Source: the human T2T-CHM13v2.0 reference genome, Homo sapiens. From it: a stretch of 64,000 nt of DNA. Made by a program: the position numbers and the translations under genes. Positions 28,202 to 40,866 of the stretch are shown here, one piece after another; position 1 is the first letter of the stretch, and each line of letters starts with the position of its first letter. Location: assembly GCF_009914755.1 (NCBI RefSeq), contig NC_060935.1; one strand, given 5' to 3'. The notes under the pieces are model-generated. The model did not search any database, was not told the origin of the DNA, and saw only the letters and a program-made list of their open reading frames with translations.

Positions 28202-28349
28202 TCCAATAACGATCAGAGAGCAGCCACTGTGCCTTGATGGTTTGCCGTGATCCAATAACGATCAGAGAGCAGCCACTGTGCCTTGATGGTTTGCCGTGAT
28301 CCAATAATGATCAGAGAGCAGCCACTGTGCCTTGATGGTTTGCGTGATC
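28202..28349. repeat. 49-bp tandem repeat, 3 copies
   Basis: Unit tccaataacgatcagagagcagccactgtgccttgatggtttgccgtga at 28202, 28251 and 28300. Confidence 0.97.
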
Positions 28350-29185
28350 TCATTTGATTCTTCTTCCCCTCCTTGGCCCCAAGCCTGGCCAGTTGTGCTA
28401 AAAGTAGCGCTGACCCAATCATGGTCTGTCCAGAGGCCAGGACTATTTTGACTCTGTCCTCAGGAATCATGTGGTCTGAGGCGTGTACGAGCTGGACTGC
28501 TCCCATGACCACTCAGATGTGGTGCCAGGAATGTTCTGGCTGACACACCTGTCCCCAGAGCTGCTAAACGCTGCTACTTACCCCACAGCCCCACAGCGTG
28601 CGTCCTGAGATACTGGTTCCAGGAGGGATAGGTGGTGAGGACTTGCACCAGGCGGTGGTTAGGGGCTTTCTATCCTCATTCATAAGAGAGCAACCAGCCA
28701 GTTTTGGGTGGCATTGCTTCTCATAGCTCCCCACTGGACTGGAGCATGTTAATCTGTGTATTTGTGACATTCACTCAGAATGGGGGCCCGACAACAGAAG
28801 GCTCCTTAGAGACAGCAAACATTATTCTTCCAAGGAAGGCTGGAGGATTTCCTTCTCTGGAGGCCGTTAATAGTGGAAGAACTTTTCATCCTACTGGCTT
28901 AAATATAAGTCCCAGTGCAAGGCTCCTGCCTGGAACATCATCCTCTCCTCTACTAGATTGGCTTTGCCATTCTTCAAAGTCCAACTGAAATCCCCTTCCC
29001 TAAGGACTTCCTTCTTTTGTCACCAGAGGGGTACTTAGCACAGACTTCCCATTAATAGAGAGGCTTTTTCCTCCTTTTTTTCTTCCCATCTAGTCTGTGA
29101 GTTCTTAACTTCAGATATCTTTCACTTGCCAGCACCCAGGATGCGGCAGATGCCCAACAGTTGTGGGCTGGTGAACCAGCACAGC

Positions 29186-29435
29186 CAGCACGGCCACTAG
29201 GTCTGCTCAAGAAACAAGTCTGCGTCTCCTTATTGTGCTAGTTCATTCCTCAGTTCACTACACAATCCTTCAACGTTGGCCTCTTTGCCTGTCTGCACAC
29301 TGTGCCTGGTCAGCACGGCCACTAGCTCTGCTCAAGAAACAAGTCTGCGTCTCCTTATTGTGCTAGTTCATTCCTCAGTTCACTACACAATCCTTCAACG
29401 TTGGCCTCTTTGCCTGTCTGCACACTGTGCCTGGT
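29186..29435. repeat. 125-bp tandem duplication
   Basis: Copies start at 29186 and 29311. One mismatch seen (ctagGtc vs ctagCtc). Confidence 0.96.
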
Positions 29436-29517
29436 CTGCACACTGGAAATAAACAATGTCTAATGAGATGGGGTCCCTGCCTGAGAGAAGCTCATGGCCT
29501 AGTGGGGGACACATGTC

Positions 29518-29533
29518 TTGCCATCTAGTGGGC
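29518..29533 (-). promoter_or_regulatory. CTCF-like motif
   Basis: Reverse complement reads CCCACTAGATGGCA. Confidence 0.5.
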
Positions 29534-31707
29534 GAAAAGCAATCATTCAGAGGCCACGGTGACCAGCTTTGCCTCAGGGAGTCGGGAAGGGCCTTGCAGA
29601 GGCTGTGATCTGTGGCAGGCCCTCACAGAAGCTCAGAAAGGCACGCGAGGACAGGCAGGAGGAAGCGCGCTCCAGAGGAGGGCCAGCACGTGCGAAGGCA
29701 TGGAGGCATGAAAGGCCCTTGCACCTGGGAAGGCCAAAAAATCACCATATTTTTGCTGCTTTTTGTCTACAGACCAGCTGGCTATGGACAGGGAGGCTGC
29801 TTGGCTCTTTCCCACAAATAGGGAGGTTGGAGCCAGGCACTAGGGCTTGACCCCAGAAGGTGTCAGAGCTCCCAGAGTCCTTGCCTCTCTGCCCCCTGGG
29901 GCCATCTGCACCCTCTCCTCCCATCCTGCCTCCGCTCCTTCCCAATTAGAATGAAAATTGGCTCCTGTAATGCTGATGTGCCTACTTTCTTGTTAGAATC
30001 TTAATACCGTATGAATCACAAGTCCCAGCTGCCTTGGCATGGTGGTCAGGGTCAGAGGTTTGAATTAAAGCAACACATGGTCCTGATGGCTTCATCTGGG
30101 GGATGCTGAGGTAGGGGAGAGGCTGCTCCTCCTTTTCCACCGATAATGCGAGTACCACCAAGGCTGCTGACCGCAGCCTTTTCCCTCAGAAAGTTCTAAG
30201 CACCTTGTAACACCCCCTGATAATAAGAGTATTCGTACCTTTTATTGAGCATTTTACAAGTATAATTTCATTTATTTGTCAGATGACTTGCTGATGTGTA
30301 GTTAGGTGACGTGCCTGAGATTTCATAGCTAGTCATAATAGAGCCAGATTTTGAGACCTCCCATCTCGGGGACCTTAGACAGCTCAAGCACCACTTTCTA
30401 ATACCACTCCAATCAAAAGGAATGATTTTAGCCTGAGGATGCTGGATGGCTTGATCTTCTGCCATAAGAGCCCCCAAACCTCCCCTAGCTTCCAGGACAA
30501 AACTCTGACTTATTCAGACGTTCGCCACACCTTAATTGCATGCTGGGTGCCAGGCACAGGGCTGTGGCCTGAACAAGTCCTAGGGATGCATAGACTCAGC
30601 CATCCTGTGGCCTCCCTCCCAATGGGGTCACGACTCTCTTCCCACTGCCACCCAGAGCCTTCTCATTCTTTAATGTGACCTGTTCAGTCTTCCCCACCAC
30701 TGCATTTCTCTCCTTCTTAGCCTCTACAGGGCTCATCACCCAAACCACAGCATTGAGTGCTGTGCTTTTGCTTTCCTTCACTCAGCAGGCATTTGTATGT
30801 CATTTGTATGTGGAAGGCACTGGGGATACATTCAGTATCCCAGTGCCGTCATGAAGCACAGTCTGAGAGAGGGAGACAGATGCGTAGTCAGTGCACGGGC
30901 TGCAGCATGTGGGGGACTGAGAGAGACACCTGCCCTGCTCTCTTTCTCACCTCCACTCAGTCCTATAAAGTGGCATCATGAAGCAATGGAAGAAAGACTG
31001 GACCCAAATCGGAAGACCTGAGCTGGTGCTACCATCTGGGGGACACTGGAGGAGTCATTCCATCTCTTCATCTGCAAAGTGGGAATAACAATACCTACCC
31101 TGCCTGCCTTTCAGAGTTTCAATGATGTGCTTTATTAAATAAAATGATGATTTTTTAATGAATAAAATGCATGAAAGCATTTTACAGGTTATAAAGCACT
31201 ATACAAGTAGTACTCTTCTGTCTCCTAGCCATGCCTAGCATAAATCTGGGCACATAGTAGATATTCAGTAAATAGCAGTTAACTTAAATTGATCCATTCA
31301 CCCCGCCTACCACCTTCTATGGGCGTTTGAGGCCATTGGAAACCCTAACACTGACAATGCCTGCCCTGCCTGCTGGGGGCGGCAGTGAGGATCAAGTGAG
31401 AAGGATGTGCCTTGGAAGCTGTCAGTACTGAACCATCTTGGTCTTGGGAAACCTCCCTGGCTCCCCATTGTGGGGGCTTGGCTGAGGACTGGCCAGCCCG
31501 GGATGTGGAGTCTCGGGCATGGGGCAACCTTCCTCCAAGCCCTAGGTCCATTCTCTGTGGGGAGCAAACATGACACTTCCCCAATTTTGGTTCCCAAACC
31601 ACTCGGGCTGCCTGGCTCAGGATAGTGCCCATGGCGTGGGCACAGTCCCTTGGGGGGGCCAGATCAGCATGTGCCCAGCCCTCACTAGTCTCCACCTCTC
31701 GTTTCAG

Positions 31708-31784
31708 CACCCCTACCCCACGGAGGATGAGAAGAGGCAGATCGCAGCCCAGACCAACCTCACCCTCCTGCAAGTAAACAACTG
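31708..31784 (+). CDS. PKNOX2: PKNOX2 coding exon, homeodomain ([26 protein letters not shown])
   Basis: tttcag acceptor and gtgagt donor at 31785. 77 nt, phase 0/2. Contains the TALE PYP loop. Confidence 0.97.
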
Positions 31785-31983
31785 GTGAGTTTGCATCACC
31801 TGCATGCAGGCTCCCAGATCCAGGGGCCACCTTCTGGGCAGGGGAATGCGTAGCAGGGAAAAGAGACTCGAATGCCAGGATCTGCCTCAATCTCAGCCCA
31901 GCTACCATGCCAGTCCCCCCATTTAGGCTAGAAGCAGAAAGCAAGAATCAACACTGGCACCTGTGGCTTCATCTGCAGCTTCT

Positions 31984-32000
31984 CAGCGCCCTCTGCTGGG
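31984..32000 (-). promoter_or_regulatory. Strong CTCF motif
   Basis: Reverse complement CCCAGCAGAGGGCGCTG matches the CTCF core consensus. Confidence 0.65.
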
Positions 32001-32658
32001 ACATTGTGTCAGGCACATCCCTGGAAGCTTCTTGAGGAAGAGAAAACCCACGCCCACCTGAGCACCCAGCCCACCTGCACTTCAGAGACAGACAGGATTG
32101 CCCGCAGCTGTGCACCGGAGGCCAGTGGTCATCTGGTCTTCCCCACCCCCATGTGAACTGAGACTAAAACTAGCTGCAAAGCTGGGAGTGGGGAGAGGGA
32201 GGAGGAGTAGCCATTCTGACCCCACAGGGATCTCAGCTTTCCCAGTCTCTGTGCCTGGCTGGGCTGTCAGGGGAGCTCAGAGAGCAAGGTCTGGCTGGAT
32301 GGAAGTAGACCCCAGAGCTGAGGGCCCTGATCCGAGCCCTTGGCTCTCTGGAGAGAAGTCAGAGGTTAGTGCCTATGACTACCATGCTCTCCTCCTCCGT
32401 TCAACCTGGAAGGTCTTGAGCAGGGATTTCTGACCCCCCATGCATTCTTCCCATATGACTTTGCAGTTACCAAGCCCCAGGAAATTTCATGAACTTCTCA
32501 GCACCCAGGGCCCTCCTCCTTGCTGGGCTTTTACATCCGGGATGGGAACCCCGGTCTGCTCTGTGAAATGGAGTCTGAAGGCAGCTTCACCCTCCCTGCC
32601 CCCACCCCAAGGCCATGCAGGTGATGACTAACCAGGTCTCCACTTTACCTCTGGGCAG

Positions 32659-32837
32659 GTTCATCAATGCCCGGAGGCGCATCCTGCAGCCCATGCTTGA
32701 TGCCAGCAACCCAGATCCTGCCCCCAAAGCCAAGAAGATCAAGTCTCAGCACCGGCCCACCCAAAGATTCTGGCCCAACTCCATCGCTGCGGGGGTGCTG
32801 CAGCAGCAGGGCGGTGCCCCAGGGACAAACCCCGATG
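32659..32837 (+). CDS. PKNOX2: PKNOX2 coding exon, homeodomain helix 3 and downstream (W-FINARRRILQPML...GTNPD-G)
   Basis: gcag acceptor and gtaag donor at 32838. 179 nt, phase 2/1. WFINARRR recognition helix. Confidence 0.97.
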
Positions 32838-33862
32838 GTAAGAACTGGGGCTGAGTGCACCCTAGACAAGGGCTGGGGGTGCTCCTGGAGCTTCTTCAGG
32901 TCAAGCCGTGCAAAGATTCAAGGGCTATCTCCTTACCTGGGCTCCCATCGCTGCCATGCCACAGTGATTATCCCTCCCCAAAGCCCTAAAGAAGGGGATG
33001 TTTTTGTACATAATTTAACAGACCAGATGCACTCTCATAAAGAAAAGCGGGAGTTGGTGGTCACGCAAGTCAGTGACTGCTCAGCAGAGCCCCCCATGTC
33101 CGCACCCATCTGAGTTCCTTAGCACCAGTAAGTATCTGCACAGCTCTTCAGGAGCCAAGGCCATCTATAAATATCAAGGCAGGCAGCTGGCTCGTGAACA
33201 GGGGCCAGGAAGAGCTCTGTTTTCCCAGCCTCTCCATCACACCCTCCATATACACTTTTCTAATTGCCAGTCGCCTAGTGCACAATGAATAATTCAATGA
33301 GCCAAGCATTTTATAGCTTGGCATATGAAGATAGCTCTGTATGGGGAGTGGAGCGTAGGTGTGCGTGTGTGCACACATAACCTCATGCACACGTGTATGT
33401 GTATGGTTGTGCACAGGTTCCTTTGTGATGAGCCATCTTATGGGTTATGATGGGAAAAAAAAAAAACAGATTTAGGGGGCTGGACCAGCCTGGGAGAAAA
33501 TTCCAACTCTGTCATCGCTGACAATGTCATCTTGAGCTAATGACTTAACTGTCTGAGACAGAATGGGGATAATAATACCTGCCTTACAGAATTGTTAGAA
33601 AGTCAAAAGTGGCCAACACATAAAGAAAATGTGCAGTGAACGGTGGCTGGGAGTGCTGCTTCCTGAGATGGGGCAGGGAGTAGCTGACTAGTGAATGGAT
33701 GGGAGACTTCATACCAGGGCATTGTCCAGCTCAGGCTTGGACAGCTCTAAAAACAAGGAGTTCACTGCTCTATGAGCCAGTCCATTAAACCCTGTCCAAC
33801 ACAGAGGTGCTGGCCCTGACCAGCAGCCCCTGCCTCGTCCTGACCCTTGCTTTCTCTCGCAG

Positions 33863-34089
33863 GTTCCATCAACTTGGACAACCTGCAGTCCCTGTCCTCA
33901 GACAGTGCCACCATGGCCATGCAGCAGGCTATGATGGCTGCACACGATGACTCATTGGATGGGACAGAAGAAGAGGATGAGGATGAGATGGAAGAGGAGG
34001 AGGAGGAGGAGCTGGAGGAGGAGGTCGACGAGCTGCAGACGACAAATGTCAGCGACCTGGGCTTGGAACACAGTGACTCCCTGGAGTAG
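33863..34089 (+). CDS. PKNOX2: PKNOX2 last coding exon (SINLDNLQ...acidic tract...HSDSLE*)
   Basis: tttctctcgcag acceptor, phase 1. Stop TAG at 34087-34089. Glu/Asp-rich C-terminus. Confidence 0.96.
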
Positions 34090-36085
34090 TCGGGCAGCCC
34101 AGATGGCACTGATCACTGAGCAGGAGAGGAGTGTCGCCGGGAGGCCTTCAGGGTGGGGGGGAAGGGGACATGGGCAGGAAGCACCGAGGGAGTTGGGCCC
34201 TAGCTTCCCCAAATCAGTAGCTTGAAGAAAGGCAAAGGAGACACCTGTTCCTTCCCAACCACCGAGCTTCAATGAGGACCCCAGCCCCACTTCCCTGGAA
34301 CTGCCGAGGACTCTGTTTGGCGGGGCCAGTCGAGCAGCCTGTGTGGAAAGACAGGAGTGAGATCTGGACTCACCAAATCCCTGAGGACAGATGGCACCCA
34401 TGGCCCCCACCCACGGAAGGACTTGAGTTGTTTACAAGCCCTGCACTGAGGCAGATTGGTGCTGTTCGCAGAGTAGGCCTTTGCCCGGGGGCAGACTTAG
34501 AAGGAAGGGGAGAGACAAAGGGGGACTGAGTTTCATCCCCAGAAGTTTCTCAGCTCCTTTGACAGACATTCAAGGGCAGGAGGGAGCCCCAAAGCATAAC
34601 CAGTGTCCAGAGGAGTGGGAGGGCCTGAGGCATCACATCTTGCAGATCAGAATGGGATGGAATCCACCAGGCTCCAGCTCATCCCTCCAAGGCCCTGTCT
34701 CTGCGCACAGCAACCATGGACATGGGAGAAAGGGATGGGAGCCACAGTGCCCTTCACTCTCTCCTGGAAACCAACTGTAAGCTGGTGGGCTCAACCTGTG
34801 GGAGGTTAAGAGGAGTCCCTTCTGGGTTGACTCCAAGAGCCAAGGAGATGGCAGACCCTGGGCTAGGAACCATATGGAGGTGACTTTGAGGCCACAGCTG
34901 TCCCTAGGTGATCACAGAACTTAGCTCCTTTAACAACAGGACAATGGTTTTTTACCCTAGATGTTCCCACCTTCAGTGCTCCACGCCCTCCATAGACCTT
35001 CAGAGAAGGTGAAACCAGGTTATCTGGGAATCTTTCCAGCCCGCAGGTCGCCACGGCCATCCCTTTGCTCCCAGCCTGGCTCCATCAGCCTCCAGCTTCC
35101 TTTCTTCATTCTGTCCTTCAGGGAAGGCAGAAGAAACATTGGAAAGCATCTAGTCCAGTGGGAAGCCAGGGGTTGGAGAAGGTGCTACATCCCTCTTCCC
35201 ATCAATATCCTAAATGTGGGGGAGGGCCCAGAGAATGGCACCCAAGAGCCTGCGGGGATGCCCATCCCACACACCCCACCCAGCTGTTCTAACCCTGCTA
35301 TCCACAGCCCTGGAGGAACTGGGGCTCCTGGAAGGAGGAGGAGGCTCTCCACTGTCCACCCTAACACATACCCTCCCACCCACCTTCCAGACCCCCTTGG
35401 TTGGCACCCTCTCCTCCGGTTCCCTCTCACCCCATGGCTGTGAATGACAGGACAGGTCACACGTGTGTTTTCCATTGGGTTTAATTTAATGGACGTGCAG
35501 TTTCATTTGTAAATTGTGCATTAGCCACCTCCTTCAGTGGCAGGATGTGAGTGGCTACCTGGCTCAACTGGAGGGGACCCCTTGGGCCCTCTGGGGCTTC
35601 CCCTCCCCCACCTGGTTGGGGTAGAGCAAAAGGATGGTCACTCTTCCGAGGTCTCCCTGAAATGAATGTATTTCTCCCCCAAAAGAGCTGATATTTAATG
35701 TTTTAATAAGGATTTTTGAGAAACAAATAACCTTATTTATAATCTGGGTGATCCAATCATTTTTTACTCCCTTTTGATGCCATACATAGAGGAAAGTCTA
35801 GCTTTTTTGGCGTGAGACTTTTGCAATGTGCAGTGGGATAAAATGCATTTCCTTTTCTGGTTCGTTTTTCTTGTTAACACGCGCACACAGACACACACAC
35901 ACACCGTTCCACTCACCACCTGGACAGGCGTCCCCCAGCACGGACACACTGGCACACAGGTGCCCACATCTCTTCCTCTCAGCCCCTCCACCTGCCTAAT
36001 GTTATGCAACCTCCTTCTGATGTATCCACCAAACCAGTACTGAATGTGGCCGAGACGTTTTCAGTAAATCTTATTACCTACCGTA
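34090..36085 (+). other. PKNOX2: PKNOX2 3' UTR (3' end approximate)
   Basis: Repeat-poor stretch after the stop with AU-rich blocks at ~35480-35530 and ~35690-35780. End inferred from the variant poly(A) signal. Confidence 0.7.
36063..36068 (+). terminator. Probable non-canonical poly(A) signal AGTAAA of PKNOX2
   Basis: No AATAAA seen in the UTR. AGTAAA is followed ~35 nt later by a U/GU-rich element (tctctttctgtggttgctgtgg, 36101-36122). Confidence 0.6.
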
Positions 36086-36926
36086 ACCCTGGTGCACAAT
36101 TCTCTTTCTGTGGTTGCTGTGGCAATCCTTTGCTCTTTTCATGGGACCAGAGGCCAGACAAAATTTGGAGGCCTCAGTATACACCTGACTACCCAGGGAA
36201 GGGGACAAGGTAGATGTGCGTCCTGCGTGAGCTCAGCTGCCCTGTCTGGGGAGGAAGAGCCAATTTCAGCACACTCACCTTGTGTGCGGCCAGTTGTAAG
36301 GCAGAGCTAGGGAGAGAAGGCAAGGAAGCTCTGCACTGCCCTCTCCTGACAGCTTCCCCGACCGCAGCGGAAGCTATGAATCTGGTCCCTCTTGTCCACC
36401 ATACTCCACCTCCCTCAAAGGCTTTTGCTTTCCTGTCTCCATTCCCGGCCTTGAATCCCAGGGATCAGCACCATAATCCCCCAGGCAAGAAGAAACTCAG
36501 GCAGCTGATCTCCACACAGAAGTGAGAGGCAGGCCTTCTTGTCAGCTCCAGACGAGAGGGTACCTTCTTTAGCCACACTTGCTGAGAGGTCTGGGGCATC
36601 TGTTTAGAAGCAGGAAGGGAGTGCCTTGTTCATGTTCAGGAATGCTGGAGAGTTTGCACGTACTGGCAGATCACCCCATGGCCAGGTGGAAGATAGGGAA
36701 GCCAGTGGTTGGTTACACAGGCGAAGTGGGCTCTGACCAGCTCTGGTGGAGTTCCCTGCATCACTGCCCTCAGGGAGCCCAACATCTCTCCCCCTCCTCA
36801 CACCTGGAGAGAGTTCTGCAAACCCTACAGAAACCCCGCCTCTCTAGGTAGAGGAAGAAAATCTTAAGAACTGCACGATGATTGGAACCTCACCTCCAGA
36901 GCTGGGAAGACAACAGTCCTTTAAGA

Positions 36927-37951
<1,025 letters not shown>

Positions 37952-38492
37952 TGAAAAGGGGTTTCTGAAATCACTTGAGATGTAGGTAGTTGTATTTTTA
38001 GGAGCCAACAACCTCTCTCTGTGCATGACCCAAATGCTGCCCAACCCAAGGAAAAGACACGCCATAATCCCTGTGGAAATTCAAGAGATGGATGACAGGG
38101 CGAGGGGTAGGGGAAGGTTTCCTTTACCCAAAACCGAACTCTGATATCAGGGCTCTGGCAACTCTCAGACTGACTTCTGCCCCCCACCCCCCGACCCATC
38201 AGGAAAGACTTTTCAAGCTCAGAGATCCTGCTCATGGGAGTTGGTGGCCAGAGCTCAACTTCCTTGACCGAGGATCCCCTCTCCTGCCTTGCATGGGGCC
38301 CCAGGAGGGCAATGACCACCACACTGCAGCCTGCTCCAATTCATTCCTGATGAGTCATTCATTATCTCAGCATGCATTTATCGAGCCCCGACTCTGTCCC
38401 AGGCACTGTTTTACAAGAATACACCTGTGGCTAACAAGGACAGCGTTCTTTACTTCAGGGAGTTTACATTCTACTAGAAACAACTGAGACTG

Positions 38493-38660
38493 GGCCAGGT
38501 ACGGTGGCTCACACCTGTAATCCCAACCCTTTGGTTGTCCAAGGTGGAAGGATCACTGAGCCCAGGATTTTAAGACCAGTCTGGGAAACATAGTGAGACC
38601 CGCCCCCACCTGCCCGCATCTCTACTATTTTAAAATGAATATGCATGAGAAAAAAGAAAA
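38493..38660 (+). mobile_element. Free Alu monomer (FLAM-like)
   Basis: Single arm; tgagactg occurs on both flanks. Confidence 0.8.
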
Positions 38661-39278
38661 AGATTGAGACTGAAAGAGTGCTCGTAGCATCCTTGTAATG
38701 GCTATAACTATGATCTCATCCTTACCACAGAGAACTCAAACTTCTTCATTCAGAGTTGCAAAGCAGGAAGCTTTCAGCTCCACTGTGAGGTTCAGGTTAA
38801 GCTCAATTTTCAGACCTGTTTTGAGCCATATATTGTCTAAAAATTGTGTGCCAACTTTTAAAAGTTAGAAGGTTACACATTAAAAAATCAGATTCCTGGC
38901 TTCTCCTGAAAAATCAGGCAATCAGGCGACTTGGGACCTATATAATCCCACTTGGCCATGATTGAGTGTAGTTGAATTAACTGCTGCCCCCTAAGGCACG
39001 TTCTCTGTGTCATCAGGACATTCGCAGCCCCTGTGGTCTCCCCAACACGGAGGCTGAGGGTTCATTGCTTATTTACTATTGGCTGTCACTATTTGGGTGG
39101 CTGGTGGCTTAGTTAAGCTTCCCCCATGTCCTTTTTTTTAAACCCCCTTTTGCTGTAATAGCTAAGTGGTTGTTTTTAAGAAGGGAAATATTTATCTCTA
39201 CTCATTAATCCATCAAGAGGATTGCTTGGCCTCTTGGGAGGCCAACTGGGAGGGCTGAGGTCAATTGAGTTTGACCAA

Positions 39279-39684
<406 letters not shown>

Positions 39685-39866
39685 TCATACATTTTCTGCC
39701 TACCTTGCCTCCCCAGGCAACAATGAGGCTAGAGGCATAAAAATCACCAGGGTTGCTTGTTATAGATACAATGTAGGTTCCACAACCGGTGTTTGCCCCA
39801 GATAGCTAGGCAAGATGCCCAAAGACTTGGAGGAGCATTGCTCTCAGAAAATAGTTTTCAATTGTT

Positions 39867-40175
<309 letters not shown>

Positions 40176-40500
40176 TCAATCATCTTTTGAAGCTCCTTGC
40201 TTTACAGCTGCTCCTTTAACTTCCTTTAGCCAGATACACTACCACCCTCAAGCCAGTGATTCATTCAGTACAAATTCCCGGGTGCCCACTATGTGCCTGG
40301 TAACCTATGAGGGACAAAGGATGATGAATTTTGCAGAGCATCACAGACCAAGGGACCGAGCACCGAGGACTGACAGAATGGTGGTCACCTCACACGCTCC
40401 ATTTCCACTTTGGCATCTTATTTCCATCCCACAGATGAGGCAGGTTTTATTATACCACTTTCCAGCGTATCTTATACTTTTTCTCAGCCTCTCTCTGGGC

Positions 40501-40866
40501 CAATCTCATTTAGCCCCTTTGCAAATTAAATGCATCTCATTAAATCGAACCCATTTAGGACAATGCCCTTCAGGTGTGTGCATCTTAGTACATCTTTCAT
40601 TTTAAGACAAGTGTTTGATTTATTTTTCATCTCATTACGCTCTTTAAAATTATGTGCATCTCATTACACTCAGTGCACTGAGACAACTTATTTCTGGTAT
40701 AGACATTACACCCAGTATTATCAGGCAAGAATATGATTTCTTTTCATTTCATTACAAGCCTTACAATTTATGTACATCTCATTACAATCAGCCATTTAAG
40801 ACAATTCCCTTCAGTTATGTGTATCTCATTATACCTTTTCATTTTTGCATTTTTCTCATCTTATTA
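40501..40866. repeat. Degenerate ~120-bp higher-order tandem repeat with recurring catctcatta core
   Basis: Units begin ~40501, ~40624 and ~40741. Units 1 and 3 align by eye over ~100 bp. Confidence 0.8.

Noticed and set aside
28202-28349. 49-bp repeats as CRISPR, snoRNA or ERSE elements
   Set aside because: Units are contiguous with no unique spacers, there is no convincing C/D box pair with terminal stem, and the CCAAT-CCAC spacing is not the ERSE N9.
31345-31944. 199-aa - strand ORF
   Set aside because: Antisense shadow over a PKNOX2 exon, with a non-ATG start and no recognisable motif.
33762-34410. Ser- and Leu-rich - strand ORFs
   Set aside because: Reverse-complement read-out of the GAG-rich PKNOX2 last exon.
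38635-38646. Second MORE-like ATGAATATGCAT
   Set aside because: Lies in the decayed A-rich tail of an Alu monomer with no supporting motifs; probably chance.
40501-40866. Repeat-spacer appearance suggesting a CRISPR array
   Set aside because: Eukaryotic context with no cas genes. The core is only ~10 bp, and the spacers are homologous to each other at a ~120-bp period.
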